A stretch of DNA of 64,000 nucleotides from Macrostomum lignano (Eukaryota), in NCBI GenBank assembly GCA_002269645.1, contig NIVC01000035.1, positions 735,362-799,361 on the forward strand, in the 5' to 3' direction. Of this stretch, positions 37,278 to 49,100 are shown piece after piece. The position numbers and the translations under genes are program-made. Positions within the stretch are counted from its first letter, which is position 1, and every line of letters starts with the position of its first letter. The notes beneath the pieces are model-generated. The model had not been told where the DNA came from, did no database searches, and worked only from the letters and a program-made list of their open reading frames with translations.

Positions 37278-37742
37278 ATGACTACATTGACTCCAACTAA
37301 ATCATTCGATTCAAGCTCTTTAAATAGCGATGGATTCTTCAATTCAACCAAGCAAGACCTGCTTTTCGAACTCATGGACGTGCTCACCAGCATCGATAAT
37401 CTAATTGGCGAATCGAGAATGTCATTCGTCTTTCTTCTTTGCGTCTGCGTGATGTTTGTTCTGCTCGTCATGGCCTCCTGCACAGCGCTGATGATGGTAA
37501 AGTCCAATTCGGCCATGGTGCTGGCCATCCGGTCAGCTAAGAGTCACGTGGCCGAGGACCGCTACTTGGGCATGCAGGAGCTGCTGACGCTGGCCAGATC
37601 CACCAAAGTCGGCGGCGGCGGCGGCGACAGCCACGGGGGCGGTAACGCAGCCAGCAGGCGAGGCGGATGGGCCAAAGGCAAAGTCACCATCAAAGGCGGC
37701 GTTAGTGGCAGCGACGCAACAGGAAAACGGTTTGGAGCGTGA
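37278..37742 (+). CDS. Hypothetical single-pass membrane protein (154 aa) or exon
   Basis: GC-richer island with one hydrophobic stretch (MSFVFLLCVCVMFVLLVMASCTALMMV) followed by a Gly-rich basic tail; no family recognised. Confidence 0.4.
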   Translation: MTTLTPTKSFDSSSLNSDGFFNSTKQDLLFELMDVLTSIDNLIGESRMSFVFLLCVCVMFVLLVMASCTALMMVKSNSAMVLAIRSAKSHVAEDRYLGMQELLTLARSTKVGGGGGDSHGGGNAASRRGGWAKGKVTIKGGVSGSDATGKRFGA

Positions 37743-37984
37743 CTTCCGCGTAGGCTATGTCTGCTTGTTGCGTCTTCTTCTACCTGTTGAATGCTTTTGT
37801 TTGCGACATGTGTCACATTTTAATGAAACGTTCGCCTAGTATAAGAAAGCTGTGTATTTGAAATCAGCTCCATAAAAAACCTCTTTAAAAGTGACCAAAA
37901 TTTTGATCCTATTAAAACTGGAACTGATCTAAAACTCTAGAAGTCCCCTCCTTTGTCTGCTTTTCTGTCTTCGGTATCTTTTTC

Positions 37985-38105
37985 ATGCGAAAGGAGAGAG
38001 GAAAGAGGAGAGATGAGAGATAATAGGTACATGTAATAGAGTAGAGATGAGGGAGGAGAGATTAGAGATGAGAAAGCAAAGAGGAGAGAAGAGACAGGAG
38101 AGAGT
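37985..38105. repeat. GA-rich polypurine tract
   Basis: GAGAGGAAAGAGGAGAGATGAGA-type low-complexity sequence. Confidence 0.8.
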
Positions 38106-38449
38106 CTCAGTCTGGACCATGGCAGTCAAGTGTTGCAAACATGGAAAATAGGATATGGTATTTTGAGTGGTTTTACAGAGGATTTCGAAGAAGGGATTCG
38201 GGTCATAGGATTCAGCTGATGGATTTCAGAGAAAGGAATTCTGTCGATGGAGTTCTATCTCCTTTCTCCTCCAACGGAGGATTTAGCCTCGTCAGCTTTA
38301 AAATAAACAAAGGAACAGCAGTAGCGTTAAAATATTGTTGAAAAAACTTCACATTGTTAAAGAACAACTGAAATCGCTTTGGTTCAAACTAAAATGACGC
38401 TTTCTCTTGCTTTTAGCTAAACTTAATCGATACACTTTTCAAGGTATCC

Positions 38450-39058
38450 CCTTTTTGTCTCCCTCTTTTTCTCCCCTGTCTTTTTCTCCTCTGTTTCCCT
38501 CTGTGTCTTCGTCTATGTCTTTGCTCCTTCCTTTTCTCTCCTCTCTCCTCTCTCCTCTCTCCCCTCTCCTCTCTCCTCTTTCCTCTCCTCTCTCCTCTTT
38601 CCTCTCCTCTCTCCTCTTTCCTCTCCTCTCTCTCCTCCTCATTCCTCTCCTCTCCCCTCCTCTCTCTTCTCTTCTATCTTCTCTTCCTCTTTCCTCTCTC
38701 CTCTCTCCTGATCTCTCCCCTACTCTCTCCTCTCCTCTCATCTCCTCATCTCTCCTTTCCTCCCCCTCCTCTCCTCTCTCCTCCTCTCTCCTCTCTCCTC
38801 TGTCCTCTCTTCTCTCCTCTCTCCTCTCTCCTCTCTCTTCTCTTCTTTCCTCTCTCCTATTACAATTCAAACCTTTTGCTCCTGGTCTTTTTACCGTGTC
38901 AGTGCCCGGTATTGGAGGCTCTCCTCTCTCTCCCTCTCTCCCTCTCTCTTCTTTCCTCTCTCCTCTCTCCACTCCTCTCTCCACTCCTCTCTCCTTTCCT
39001 CTCCCCTCCTCCCTCTTCTCTTCCTGCTCTCTCCTCTCTTCCTCTCCTCTCCCCTTTT
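38450..39058. repeat. CT-rich polypyrimidine tract
   Basis: About 600 bp of CTCT/CCTCT with a ~60-bp mixed interruption near 38858-38920. Confidence 0.95.
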
Positions 39059-40108
39059 TTGAGGTCATGAAGCGAACGATTGAATTAACGGAGCCCATTC
39101 GTTTAAAACAGAATGCGCTATTAGGAATCATAGCAAAATGCAGCTTCATGAAACAAAATGGCATTAGAAAAGGAAAATGTCAAGATCGGCCGTCGTGACA
39201 TTCTCAGTTGATTTCCTTTAAAAATTGAGCCTTTCATCGCCAATTGAGACTTTCCTTCGTTTTAATATACTGTCTTTGTAAATTGAGATTCAAAATAAAT
39301 GAAAAGGAAAACTGCTTGCAAGAAGGCATCCACCCACATTCCACCCACATTGAGAGCACCTGAATCGCTCTCGGATTGGAGTTCGTGAGCAATTTTGTCC
39401 CAACGGGGAAAGGTCGACGAGTCTAATGCCTGACTATCTTGTTTATCTCGCTTATTAATATTTTTCATTCGTTTTCAACCGAAAAGCTGCAATTGCTCCT
39501 GTGTGGAATACACTACTGATAATTGTGCAGTCAAGTAGCATGCTGCTGGGCGAACAGAGATCAGGGACAACAGATACATTATGACAGACAAAACAACATA
39601 CTGTAGTGGCTTAAGGACCACTGTAATAAAATAGGACGCAGAGCTCATCGTGTACTTTTTAGAAGGCCATTTTCATAAAACCAATCATCAAAAAACCCAT
39701 GATTGTGTTACGCGATGCTTTCCGAGTTCTGTACGATGTACCTAAAATTGAACTCGCTGCTCCGGAAGTAGCTACTAGATAGTACCGTTGTACTACCTAT
39801 CGATTTGCCTGAAAAGAACCTAAATCGTAAGCCCTAGTCTCGGTAGTTGCTGCCACCTTGATTTGCGGACTCGACGCGTCGGCAGAGTTGTCTATCCGTA
39901 ACCTGAAATAAAATAACGAAGTCGCTCGGAGCAATGCAAATCTGAAGATGTCTCGACAGTTGATCGTTCCTAAAATTGCTGCTCGAACCTGAAAACCTGT
40001 AAACCTGAAATGAGAGAGGAGAGAGCTCGGAGGCAGAGAGGCAGCTCCGGACGAGGCCCAACAAGCGCAGCGGCAAGGATCTGAAGAAAACAGCTCTCAG
40101 GTGCTCCG

Positions 40109-40487
40109 TATTTATAGCCGATCGAACCCCCAAAAGTCGCGTGAGTTTCATGCGGTAAGCGTGAAACTTCCTTATTTGGGCCTGGGAGTCATGCAAGAGA
40201 TGTGTGACTCAAGGCCAACTTCCAAATAAGGTAACCCTGTCACGCCACCGTGGGGCGACTCAAGCTAGGTCAGCTGCCACGCACAACTTGCGTGCACAGT
40301 CATGTGCTTTTACTGCGCTAAAAATAGAGTTTGGGCGGATGAGTCATCCTGTTTACTCCCTCCAGGCAGCGATTACACTCCGCGCGCGCGAGAGGGCAGG
40401 TGATGATCGTCATCTTGCTACGTCTCCTCAGTGCGAGTGGAGAAAACTTTGTGTGGCTGCCTGCGCGCCTGCTCGGGCGATGAGTCA
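40109..40487 (-). promoter_or_regulatory. Promoter-like module: TATA box plus AP-1 site cluster
   Basis: TATAAATA on - at 40109-40116; TGA(C/G)TCA at 40205-40211, 40340-40346 and 40481-40487; GC box at 40333-40338. Confidence 0.45.
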
Positions 40488-41439
40488 TCGGGCAGTAAAC
40501 ACTTAGGCCCAGCACAGGGTAACTCTCTCTAGATCAGGTGGATTGAGCTGCTGCGCAGCGGAACACAGAGCTCTTAAAGGAAAGCTAGTGAATGCTGCTG
40601 AATAGCCAGTTAGCAGCCAGTCACTACAATTGCATTTGGTTTAATAAGGCAGTAATATAGAGTTAACCCTGGATGATGTCCGCTTAAGATGAAACGCGTT
40701 GGCAAACGATTTTGAAAGATGTTCACTAAAGAATATATTGCACGTTTTTGACGTTCGCTTCTGTTTCTAATCGAGATTACCATTTTAAGTTTAGCATGAA
40801 TAACATGTCACGCTGTTTTATTTTATTTTATTTTATACTGAAAGTTTTATTTTTACTTCATAAGCACAAGCAGAAAGTTGTATATGCATATCATATGTAC
40901 AAGATATAGTCACACAGGTAAAATTTTTGTTCTGTTCCTTCTTGAAGCAAGTACATGTGTATATTTAATTTGTAATAAAATTCTTGCATTCAGGTTCTCA
41001 TAGCCTTCAGCTTGATAATTAACCTTTAGTTTTCTAGAGATTAGGTCCACAGCTAAATAAAAAACAACCCCAGGCCAAGTTTTTCACAAACCGGCTTAAT
41101 GATTGTGGACACGGTATAACAAAGTTTCTGCGAAATTCTAATAAAACTTTTAAAATTTATTCTGCTACTGTTCAGGCCGAACGAAAAACTATTTCGCTTG
41201 AATTTATAACAATATTTTTATTTCCTTGGTATTTTTGTTTTGAGTCTCTTGCGATGGACGAAAATAGTTTTAGGTCGCAAATTATATAGCTTAAAAACAT
41301 TAAAGTAATACAATTATTTAATAAGTTTCTTCAAAGTTAGTAGTAAAAATTCAATTCACTAAGGGCTGCAACTGGTGACACAGAAATTCACACAGCTAAG
41401 GTAGTGTTTAAAAGCTGCCGCTAAGTGCTAAATTATAAT

Positions 41440-41589
41440 ATGAATTCGCTTAAACTTAGCACATTTGCGTTGGCTTTTTTATGCCTTCAAGCAAGCTGCA
41501 CAGAGTTCACTTTTGAACTGCGCGAGCGAAGAAAAGATTGCTTCTATGAAAAATTCGAATCAGATGACAAAGCTCAGATTGACTTTCGT
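41440..41589 (+). CDS. p24/TMED (emp24/gp25L) cargo receptor, exon 1
   Basis: Signal peptide MNSLKLSTFALAFLCLQASC followed by FTFEL..RRKDCFYE...IDFR; GTAAGT donor at 41590. Confidence 0.88.
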
Positions 41590-42175
41590 GTAAGTCTTAA
41601 TGCATATTAATTGCAATATTGTATAAACGAAATTTTATTGAAACTTTTGGCCAAATCATGGACATTGTGGATGGACATTGGTATAAATTGTGTTTGTTGT
41701 TATTTTAACTTGAATTTAATATTTAATACTTATCAGAATATCAGTGCTTGTATGCATCTTTAATTTCTTTAAATTTAATTTTTGATTTATATCATTAAAT
41801 GTTTTTAATTAATTACTACAAGACATTGGCATTTGTAAGTTGGTACTTTTCTGCTTTTTGTCATTTTTCTGAAAATGTACTAAGTAAAAAATCCAAGTAA
41901 TCAATGTTTATGATAAATCTAAGCTGTCAAATGAGTTAACGATCTCTGTACTTTAATTTAAATAGGATTTCTTTAAACGTTTAATCAATGCACATTTTTT
42001 ATCTTTTCATAGAATTTTAAACATTTTTTTATTGTTTTTTTAAACTTCCTGTTTTTTTCTGAACGCAGTATAACAATTAAAAAGTTAAAACTTCATAAGT
42101 TGTAATACAGCAAACTTAAATGAACTTAATGTCAAATTTTCTATCAATTTTGTTTAAAATTGATCCTGCCCGCAG

Positions 42176-42718
42176 GTTCTATCAGGCGGTAATGTGGACA
42201 TCAATGTCCGCCTCTTTGACCCCGATGGCGAGCCAGTGTTCTCAGCCGACAAAAAGACTCAGGGAGGCCGAGTGTTCTCTGTCACCAAGCCGGGAATCTA
42301 TCGCGCCTGTTTCTCAAATGAATTTTCTGCTTTAGCCAGAAAGCTGGTCTACTTTGCCCTCCGCTCGGGCCGAGAAGAGAGCGAGTCGCTGGAATTTCCG
42401 GATTTGTCGTCATCTTCATCGTCGTCCAGTTTGGATGAAGACGATCAGGAGCGCCGCAAAGTCATGCTGGATTCGATGCAGATTATCGGAGCCAACCTCG
42501 TGTCAATCTCCAATTATCAGCGCCGGATGCGGCTTAACGAGGCGGCGGACAGGTTGGCAGCGGAGGCCACACTCGGTCGGGTTGGCGCCTGGTCGCTTGT
42601 GGAGATTTTCGGCGTGGTTTCGGCGGCAGCCGCTCAGGTGCTGGCGGTGCGCAGACTCTTCCAGACCACTAGCAGCGGGACCGCGGCGCCGGCCGGACTG
42701 ATGGGCCGCCGAGCTTGA
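42176..42718 (+). CDS. p24/TMED cargo receptor (gamma, TMED3/7-like), exon 2
   Basis: CCCGCAG acceptor ending at 42175, in phase: VLSGGNVDI..DPDG, G.YRACFSNEFS...KLVYF (GOLD domain), coiled coil, TM (WSLVEIFGVVSAAAAQV) and RRLF tail. Spliced product about 230 aa. Confidence 0.9.
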   Translation, partial: VLSGGNVDINVRLFDPDGEPVFSADKKTQGGRVFSVTKPGIYRACFSNEFSALARKLVYFALRSGREESESLEFPDLSSSSSSSSLDEDDQERRKVMLDSMQIIGANLVSISNYQRRMRLNEAADRLAAEATLGRVGAWSLVEIFGVVSAAAAQVLAVRRLFQTTSSGTAAPAGLMGRRA

Positions 42719-42896
42719 ATTGGGCTTCTGCAGTTCGCCTTTCTCTGATTGCATCAATTGGGTGCCGCAATTAACTTTAAATAGAGCATTATGTACTTTA
42801 GTAACATTTCTTAGAGAATCGTTTCTATGACCATTATGAATTCATTGAAAATTAGAAAATTTTTATAAGGCCATTTGAGAGATATGAATTTGCGCT

Positions 42897-43030
42897 TAGC
42901 ATAATGGTGCCATTTTTACCCTAATGGTGCCATTTTTAGCATAATTGTGCCATTTAGCATAATGGTGTCATTTTAGCGTAATTTTGCCATTTTTAACATA
43001 ATTGTGCCATTTTTAGCATAATGGTGCCCT
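42897..43030. repeat. Degenerate ~20-bp tandem repeat
   Basis: About 7 copies of GCATAAT(G/T)GTGCCATTTTTA. Confidence 0.85.
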
Positions 43031-43929
43031 ATTGAATGGGTCTGATTGGCTCTGACATTCTAATTTTAGCTTAGACAAATGGTTTTGTGATTTTAACGTT
43101 CTAATTTTCGACTTTTATGTGTTCTCTTCAGATGTTGGTGCCATTTTGGACCAAAACAGTGCCATCTAACACTTTCAAACAAAAATTTTGTTCGTTAAAA
43201 AATTTACCGTTGTTTCAAAATATGCAGTTCATGCTACTAATTACAGTTTTTTAAGTAGTCGTAAGTAGTAGTTCATGGTTTCCAAAAATTCGAAACGTGT
43301 AATAGCTGTAACTACAATAATTTTTTGTCTGTTACTATTTTTTTTTACAAAATTTGATAGTCTAGTGCTATTTATGTACTCTTATTTATACTCTTGGCCG
43401 TTTTTATTAGTTTTTTACGAGTCGTAGATGCTTTTTTAAATTTCGTATTGGCTACTTCTACTTTTAGTAGTGTGCAATATTTTATCAACAATCATTCGTA
43501 TTTAATTAGATTTTAGATAATTTAGACAAAAATGAATTGGCTTTGGTTTGCATTTTCTAAATGATTTGTGCTAATTGATTTTTTATTATAAACCCTGTTC
43601 GATCGATTTTTTACCAGTGCGCTGCCAAAATGGCATCAATAAAGGGAGTTTGAAAACTACTTCTGCCTTATCATTAAACCTCTTGACTAGCTGCATTAAA
43701 ACACTTGCTAAATCGTGACTGAAAAAAGTGTTTTAGAGTTATTGAAATTAAAAAAAATGTGTTGAAAATAGGTAGTACTTAAAGTAGCATTTAAATTGCA
43801 GAAAAAATAGCGTTTATGGTATATGGTGTATTTATTTCGATAGGCACAGTTATTAGAACCTGTATATGTAGTAGGGTGCCAGGAGGGTGCCAGGAGGAAG
43901 CCAGTGGAAGTACGCGCGTAGTAAGGGTG

Positions 43930-44886
43930 GTCAGCAGAGAGACTGTAGAGTGTCAGGGGAGGCGTTAGCCGTTAGTGTCAGCAGAGAGACTGTAGAGTGT
44001 CAGGGGAGGCGTTAGCCGTTAGTGTCAGCAGAGAGACAGTAGAGTGTCAGGGGAGGCGTTAGCAGTTAGTGTCAGTAGAGTGTCAGGGGAGGCGTTAGCC
44101 GTTAGTGTCAGCAGAGAGACAGTAGAGTGTCAGGGGAGGCGGTAGTGTCAGCAGAGAGACAGTAGAGTGTCAGGGGAGGCGGTAGTGTCAGCAGAGAGAC
44201 AATAGAGTGTCAGGGGAGGCGGTAGTGTCAGCAGAGAGACAGTAGAGTGTCAGGGGAGGCGGTAGTGTCAGCAGAGAGACAGTAGAGTGTCAGGGGAGGC
44301 GGTAGTGTCAGCAGAGAGACAGTAGAGTGTCAGGGGAGGCGGTAGTGTCAGCAGAGATACAATAGAGTGTCAGGGGAGGCGGTAGTGCCAGCAGAGAGAC
44401 AGTAGAGTGTCAGGGGAGGCGGTAGTGTCAGCAGAGATACAATAGAGTGTCAGGGGAGGCGGTAGTGCCAGCAAAGAGACAGTAGAGTGTCAGGGGAGGC
44501 GTTAGCCGTTAGTGTCAGCAGAGAGACAATAGAGTGTCAGGGGAGGCGGTAGTGTCAGCAGAGAGACAATAGAGTGTCAGGGGAGGCGGTAGTGTCAGCA
44601 GAGAGACAATAGAGTGTCAGGGGAGGCGGTAGTGTCAGCAGAGAGACAGTAGAGTGTCAGGGGAGGCGGTAGTGTCAGCAGAGAGACAATAGAGTGTCAG
44701 GGGAGGCGGTAGTGCCAGCAGAGACAGTAGAGTGTCAGGGGAGGCGGTAGTGTCAGCAGAGAGACAGTAGAGTGTCAGGGGAGGCGGTAGTGTCAGCAGA
44801 GAGACAGTAGAGTGTCAGGGGAGGTGGTAGTGTCAGCAGAGAGACAGTAGAGTGTCAGGGGAGGCGGTAGTGCCAGCAGAGAGACA
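43930..44886. repeat. 40-bp minisatellite
   Basis: Unit GTAGTGTCAGCAGAGAGACAGTAGAGTGTCAGGGGAGGCG, with longer TTAGCCGTTA-containing variants at the left edge and once internally. Confidence 0.96.
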
Positions 44887-45417
44887 CGGAAATCAAACGG
44901 AAAAAAATTAAGAACGACGAAATGAGAAAGGCAAAAACATCGACTTTGTTCTAAAGCTAAATTGACGTCAATTTTTCAGAAGTTATTACTTTTGTTTTAT
45001 ATTTTATCTTTATATAGTTTTAAGTCTAGAAAACAGCAGATGCGCACAGACGTTTCTCATTATTTAACAACCAAAAACAAACAAGTTATTAAATTCGCAT
45101 TGCATGTTTGGTGCAGAAGTTGCGTTGAGGTTGTGACGTAGGTGGTGGAACTAAAAAAACGCCAGAAGCTCAATCATGCATGCAAAAAGCAGGGTCAAAT
45201 GTTTCAACAGTATTTTTATTGGTTTCAGCCTCAATATGGGGCTGTTAATTTAATAGAAAACTATGTAATAAACATTATTGTTAAGTACACTCAAACGATG
45301 GTTGGTTCGGAGACTGGAATGAGAGTGCGTAGATGTAAATGTACGAGTACATTAACATGACGATTGGTTAGGCGGGGGGGGGGCTTGGGCTTGGAGGGAT
45401 CGAGGGAGTGCGTATAT

Positions 45418-45546
45418 TCAAGCGATGGTTTTCTGGGGGGACCGGGCGGGGGAATGTGCGCACAATCAAGCGATAGTTTTCTGGGGGGACCGGGCCGGGG
45501 AATGTGCGCACAATCAAGCGATAGATTTCTGGGCGGACTGGGGGGG
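45418..45546. repeat. 48-bp G-rich tandem repeat (about 2.6 copies)
   Basis: TCAAGCGAT..TTTTCTGGGGGGACCGGGC.GGGGAATGTGCGCACAA starting at 45418, 45466 and 45514. Confidence 0.85.
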
Positions 45547-45549
45547 TTT

Positions 45550-45830
45550 CACAAACTCGAAATTTCACAACGTCGAAAGCACCTTCTTTCACAAGATCAA
45601 AATTTCACAAGGTCGAAATGTCATAACATCGAAAACTCAAATAGCAACCACTTTCACAAGGTCGAAACTTCACAAGGTCGAAATTTCACAACATCGAAAA
45701 CTTTAGCAAGAGACTTCATAAGGTCGAAATTTCACAAGGTCGAAAACTACTGCATAGTTCTTGTTATATTAAGTTTTCGGTGTTGTGAAATTTCGACCTT
45801 ATGAAGTCTCTTGCTAAAGTATTCGATTGA
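45550..45830. repeat. TTTCACAAGGTCGAAA array ending in a perfect 38-bp inverted repeat
   Basis: Several 15-16-bp direct units; arms 45700-45737 and 45783-45820 are exact reverse complements. Confidence 0.88.
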
Positions 45831-46176
45831 AGTCACTTTTGCCAAAGTCGAGCTTGAAAAGGTATAATCATACAGTATAGCAAATAAGAGTTTTGAATTT
45901 TTACATTTTTAAGAAAGTTAGTCCACTAAAAACAAGTTTTTTATCTTTGTTTTATGTTTTTATGTTTTTATGTTTGTTTTTACTACAAACAAAGATATGT
46001 ATGCCTTTAGTACGAACTATGTCTATGGGCAAGCCTGCGAGCTGAAGTTGAGCTGGATTAAAAGAGAGACAGTTCGCTAAGTTAGACGCTAACGCACGAG
46101 AAATTTACACACGGCGTAAAAGCCAGAGCCTTGAGCTGACTAAACTTCTAAGTTGCTTTACTTATGACTACGTGAT

Positions 46177-49100
46177 TTGTGCAAAGACGTAACAATGACG
46201 ACGAAGATGAAAATCAGCGAATTCTCCACCGACCAGCCAGACAAATGGGAAGCCTTCGAGAAGCGACTGGAGCAGTTGTTCATCCTGGAGAAGATTGAAG
46301 ACGAGGCCAAAAAGCGGGCTACACTGATCAAAGCAATCGGTGATGACTGCTACGCGCTGCTTCGAGATCTGGTGTCTCCTAAGAAGCCCAAGGACGAAAC
46401 GTACACGCAACTCTTCAGAAAGCGCTGCGGGATTACTTTGCTCCAAAGAAGAAACTCATTGTGGAGAGATACAACTTCTACCATCGCAACCAGAATGAAG
46501 GTGAGACTGTAAGCGATTACTTAGTGGGTCTGAGGAAGCTGGCATCAACCTGCGAATTCGATATGTTCCTAGATGATGCATTGAGAGATCGACTCGTCTG
46601 CGGCATTCGAAACAAACTAATTCAACAGCGGCTGCTCCAAGAGGACAAGCTCACACTGGATACAGCTCTGACTCTAGCAACAGCTATGGAGACTGCTGAT
46701 CGAGGGGTTGCTGCTATAGCTGGGTCGTCTGTACATACCATCAACTTGTCCAAAGGTAGCCGATCTAAGCATAGTCAAAGTACAAAGTTTGACAAAGCCG
46801 AACGCAGTGCCAAGAGTGGATGCTATCGTTGCCATGGAACTGACCATTGGGCCAAGAGTTGTCCATTGCGAGAAAAGGTTTGCTCAAAGTGTTCCAAGCA
46901 GGGACATCAAGAACGCGCATGCCGAACGAAGACCTCAAACGGAAGTGCCAGCAGACATAGGCACATACGAATTAAACCTGGATGCTGCAAGAAGACAAGA
47001 GCAGTAATGGCTGAAGACTCTGAATCTGATAGTGAAGGATCAAGTGGCGAAATACAAACTGTTCGTTGGCGCGACTGCGACATTTCAACTGTCAGCTCTC
47101 CATACAGGTGTGTGATCAAGCTGCAAGGTACAAATGTTGAGTTCAGCATCGATACAGGAGCCGACAGAACGCTAATCAACGAGCATTGCTACAAGGATAT
47201 TGGGTTGGAGCTGAGCAAGACGTCAACGCGACTGTTTAGTTACTCGAACCATGGAATTCCGACGCTCGGTGAAGCTCTAGTCGAAGTCACTCATGGAGGA
47301 CTGCAGCATAAGCTGAAAGTTTTGGTGGTTAAGGGCAACGGATCGAATTTGCTAGGAAGGGACTGGCTGAATATCCTTAAGCTGGATTGGCAGAAGGTTG
47401 TCCACGTGGCTGAAATTGGAAGCACCTTTTCACCAAAATCCATCTTTGAGGTTACCCGGAGGTGTTTTCGTCTGGACTCGGACTCATCAACAACGCGAAA
47501 GCAAGAATCATTGTTCGTGAGGATTACTGTCCGAAGTTTCACAAGAGCAGACCTGTACCGTTTGCAATGAAGAAGCTTATTGAGGATGAACTCAGTAACC
47601 TTGTCAACAAGGGGATCATATCAAAGCTGAGTTCATCAGATTGTGCTTCTCCCATTGTGCCAGTGCTGAAGAAAGATGGGAAATCACTCAGGATCTGCGC
47701 GGACTTCAAGAGGACTATTAATCCACAGCTGGAAGTGGACAAGTATCCACTGCCTCGACAGGAGGAAATGTTTGCTACTTTGAATGGTACTTTTCCAAGC
47801 TGGACATTTCTCAAGCTTTTCTGCAGCTGGAGTTAGAAGAAAGCAGCAGAAAATTTACGACCATCAATACACACTTGGGATTGTATCAGTACAATCGACA
47901 AACAATGGGCTTGGCTTCTGCTCCTGCTCAGTTCCAAGAAGCGATTGAGAAAATTCTCTGTGGACTGGAAGTTGTTGCTTACATCGATGATATTCTAATA
48001 TCGGGAAGGTCACTCGAGGAACACGATCAGAAACTGCATGAAGTGTTGAAGACACTGCAATACAGGGGTGTCAGACTCAACAAGGACAAGTGCAAGCTTC
48101 GGCTGCAAAAAGTGGAATTCATGGGTCATATTATCAATAATGACGGACTGCACCCATCTCCTGACAAGGTAATTGCTGTGCGAAACGCACCGAATCCTAC
48201 CAGTGTGTCCGAGGTTCGATCCTTGGTTGGACTTATTAACTACTATGGGAAATTCATACCCAACTCATCAACTGTTCTGGCGCCACTCAACCGACTCCTG
48301 AGAAACGATGTGACATTCCTCTGGAACAGTCAGTGCCAAGCTGCTTACTCTGTGAAGTCAATTCTGACATCGGACCGGCTGCTGGTGCATTTCGACCCAA
48401 AGAAGCCGATCATCCTACACACTGATGCTTCGAAGTATGGGCTCGGATGTGTTTTGTCCCACACAATGCCAGGTGGTGCCGAGCTGCCTATCAGTTACGC
48501 ATCAAGGACACTATCACCAGCGGAGTAGAATTATTCTCAGTTGGAAAAAGAAGCGCTATCAATCATATTCGGGATCAAGAAGTTCCATCAGTATCTATTC
48601 GGGAACAAGTTTATTTTGGTAACAGACCATAAGCCTCTAATTACTATTTTCGGAGAAAAGAAGGACATCCCGAGCATCGCAGCTAGCAGATTGCAACGTT
48701 GGGCAGTCTTGCTCTCTGCTCATCAGTATGAGATAAGATTTCGAAAGACAGAGGACCACGGCAACGCTGATGCGTTATCCAGGTTGCCATTGCCAAGTTC
48801 GACGTCCCGAGTGGACAAAGCCATGGAACGTCGACTTCAAGAACTGCCTATCACCGCTGTCGAGATTCGTCGAGAGACAGCCAGGGATCCTATTTTGAGC
48901 AAGGTAATCAGGTTCTGCCAGAACGGTTGGCCGGAGAAATGTGAATTTGAGCTTGAGATATACCGTCAGAAAGGAAACGAACTCTGTCTTGAGCAGGGAG
49001 TCATCTTCTGGGGTATACGCGCCATCATTCCATCTAGCCTCCAACACCAAGTTTTGGACCTGCTGCACGAAGGACACCCTGGGATTGTATCGATGAAATC

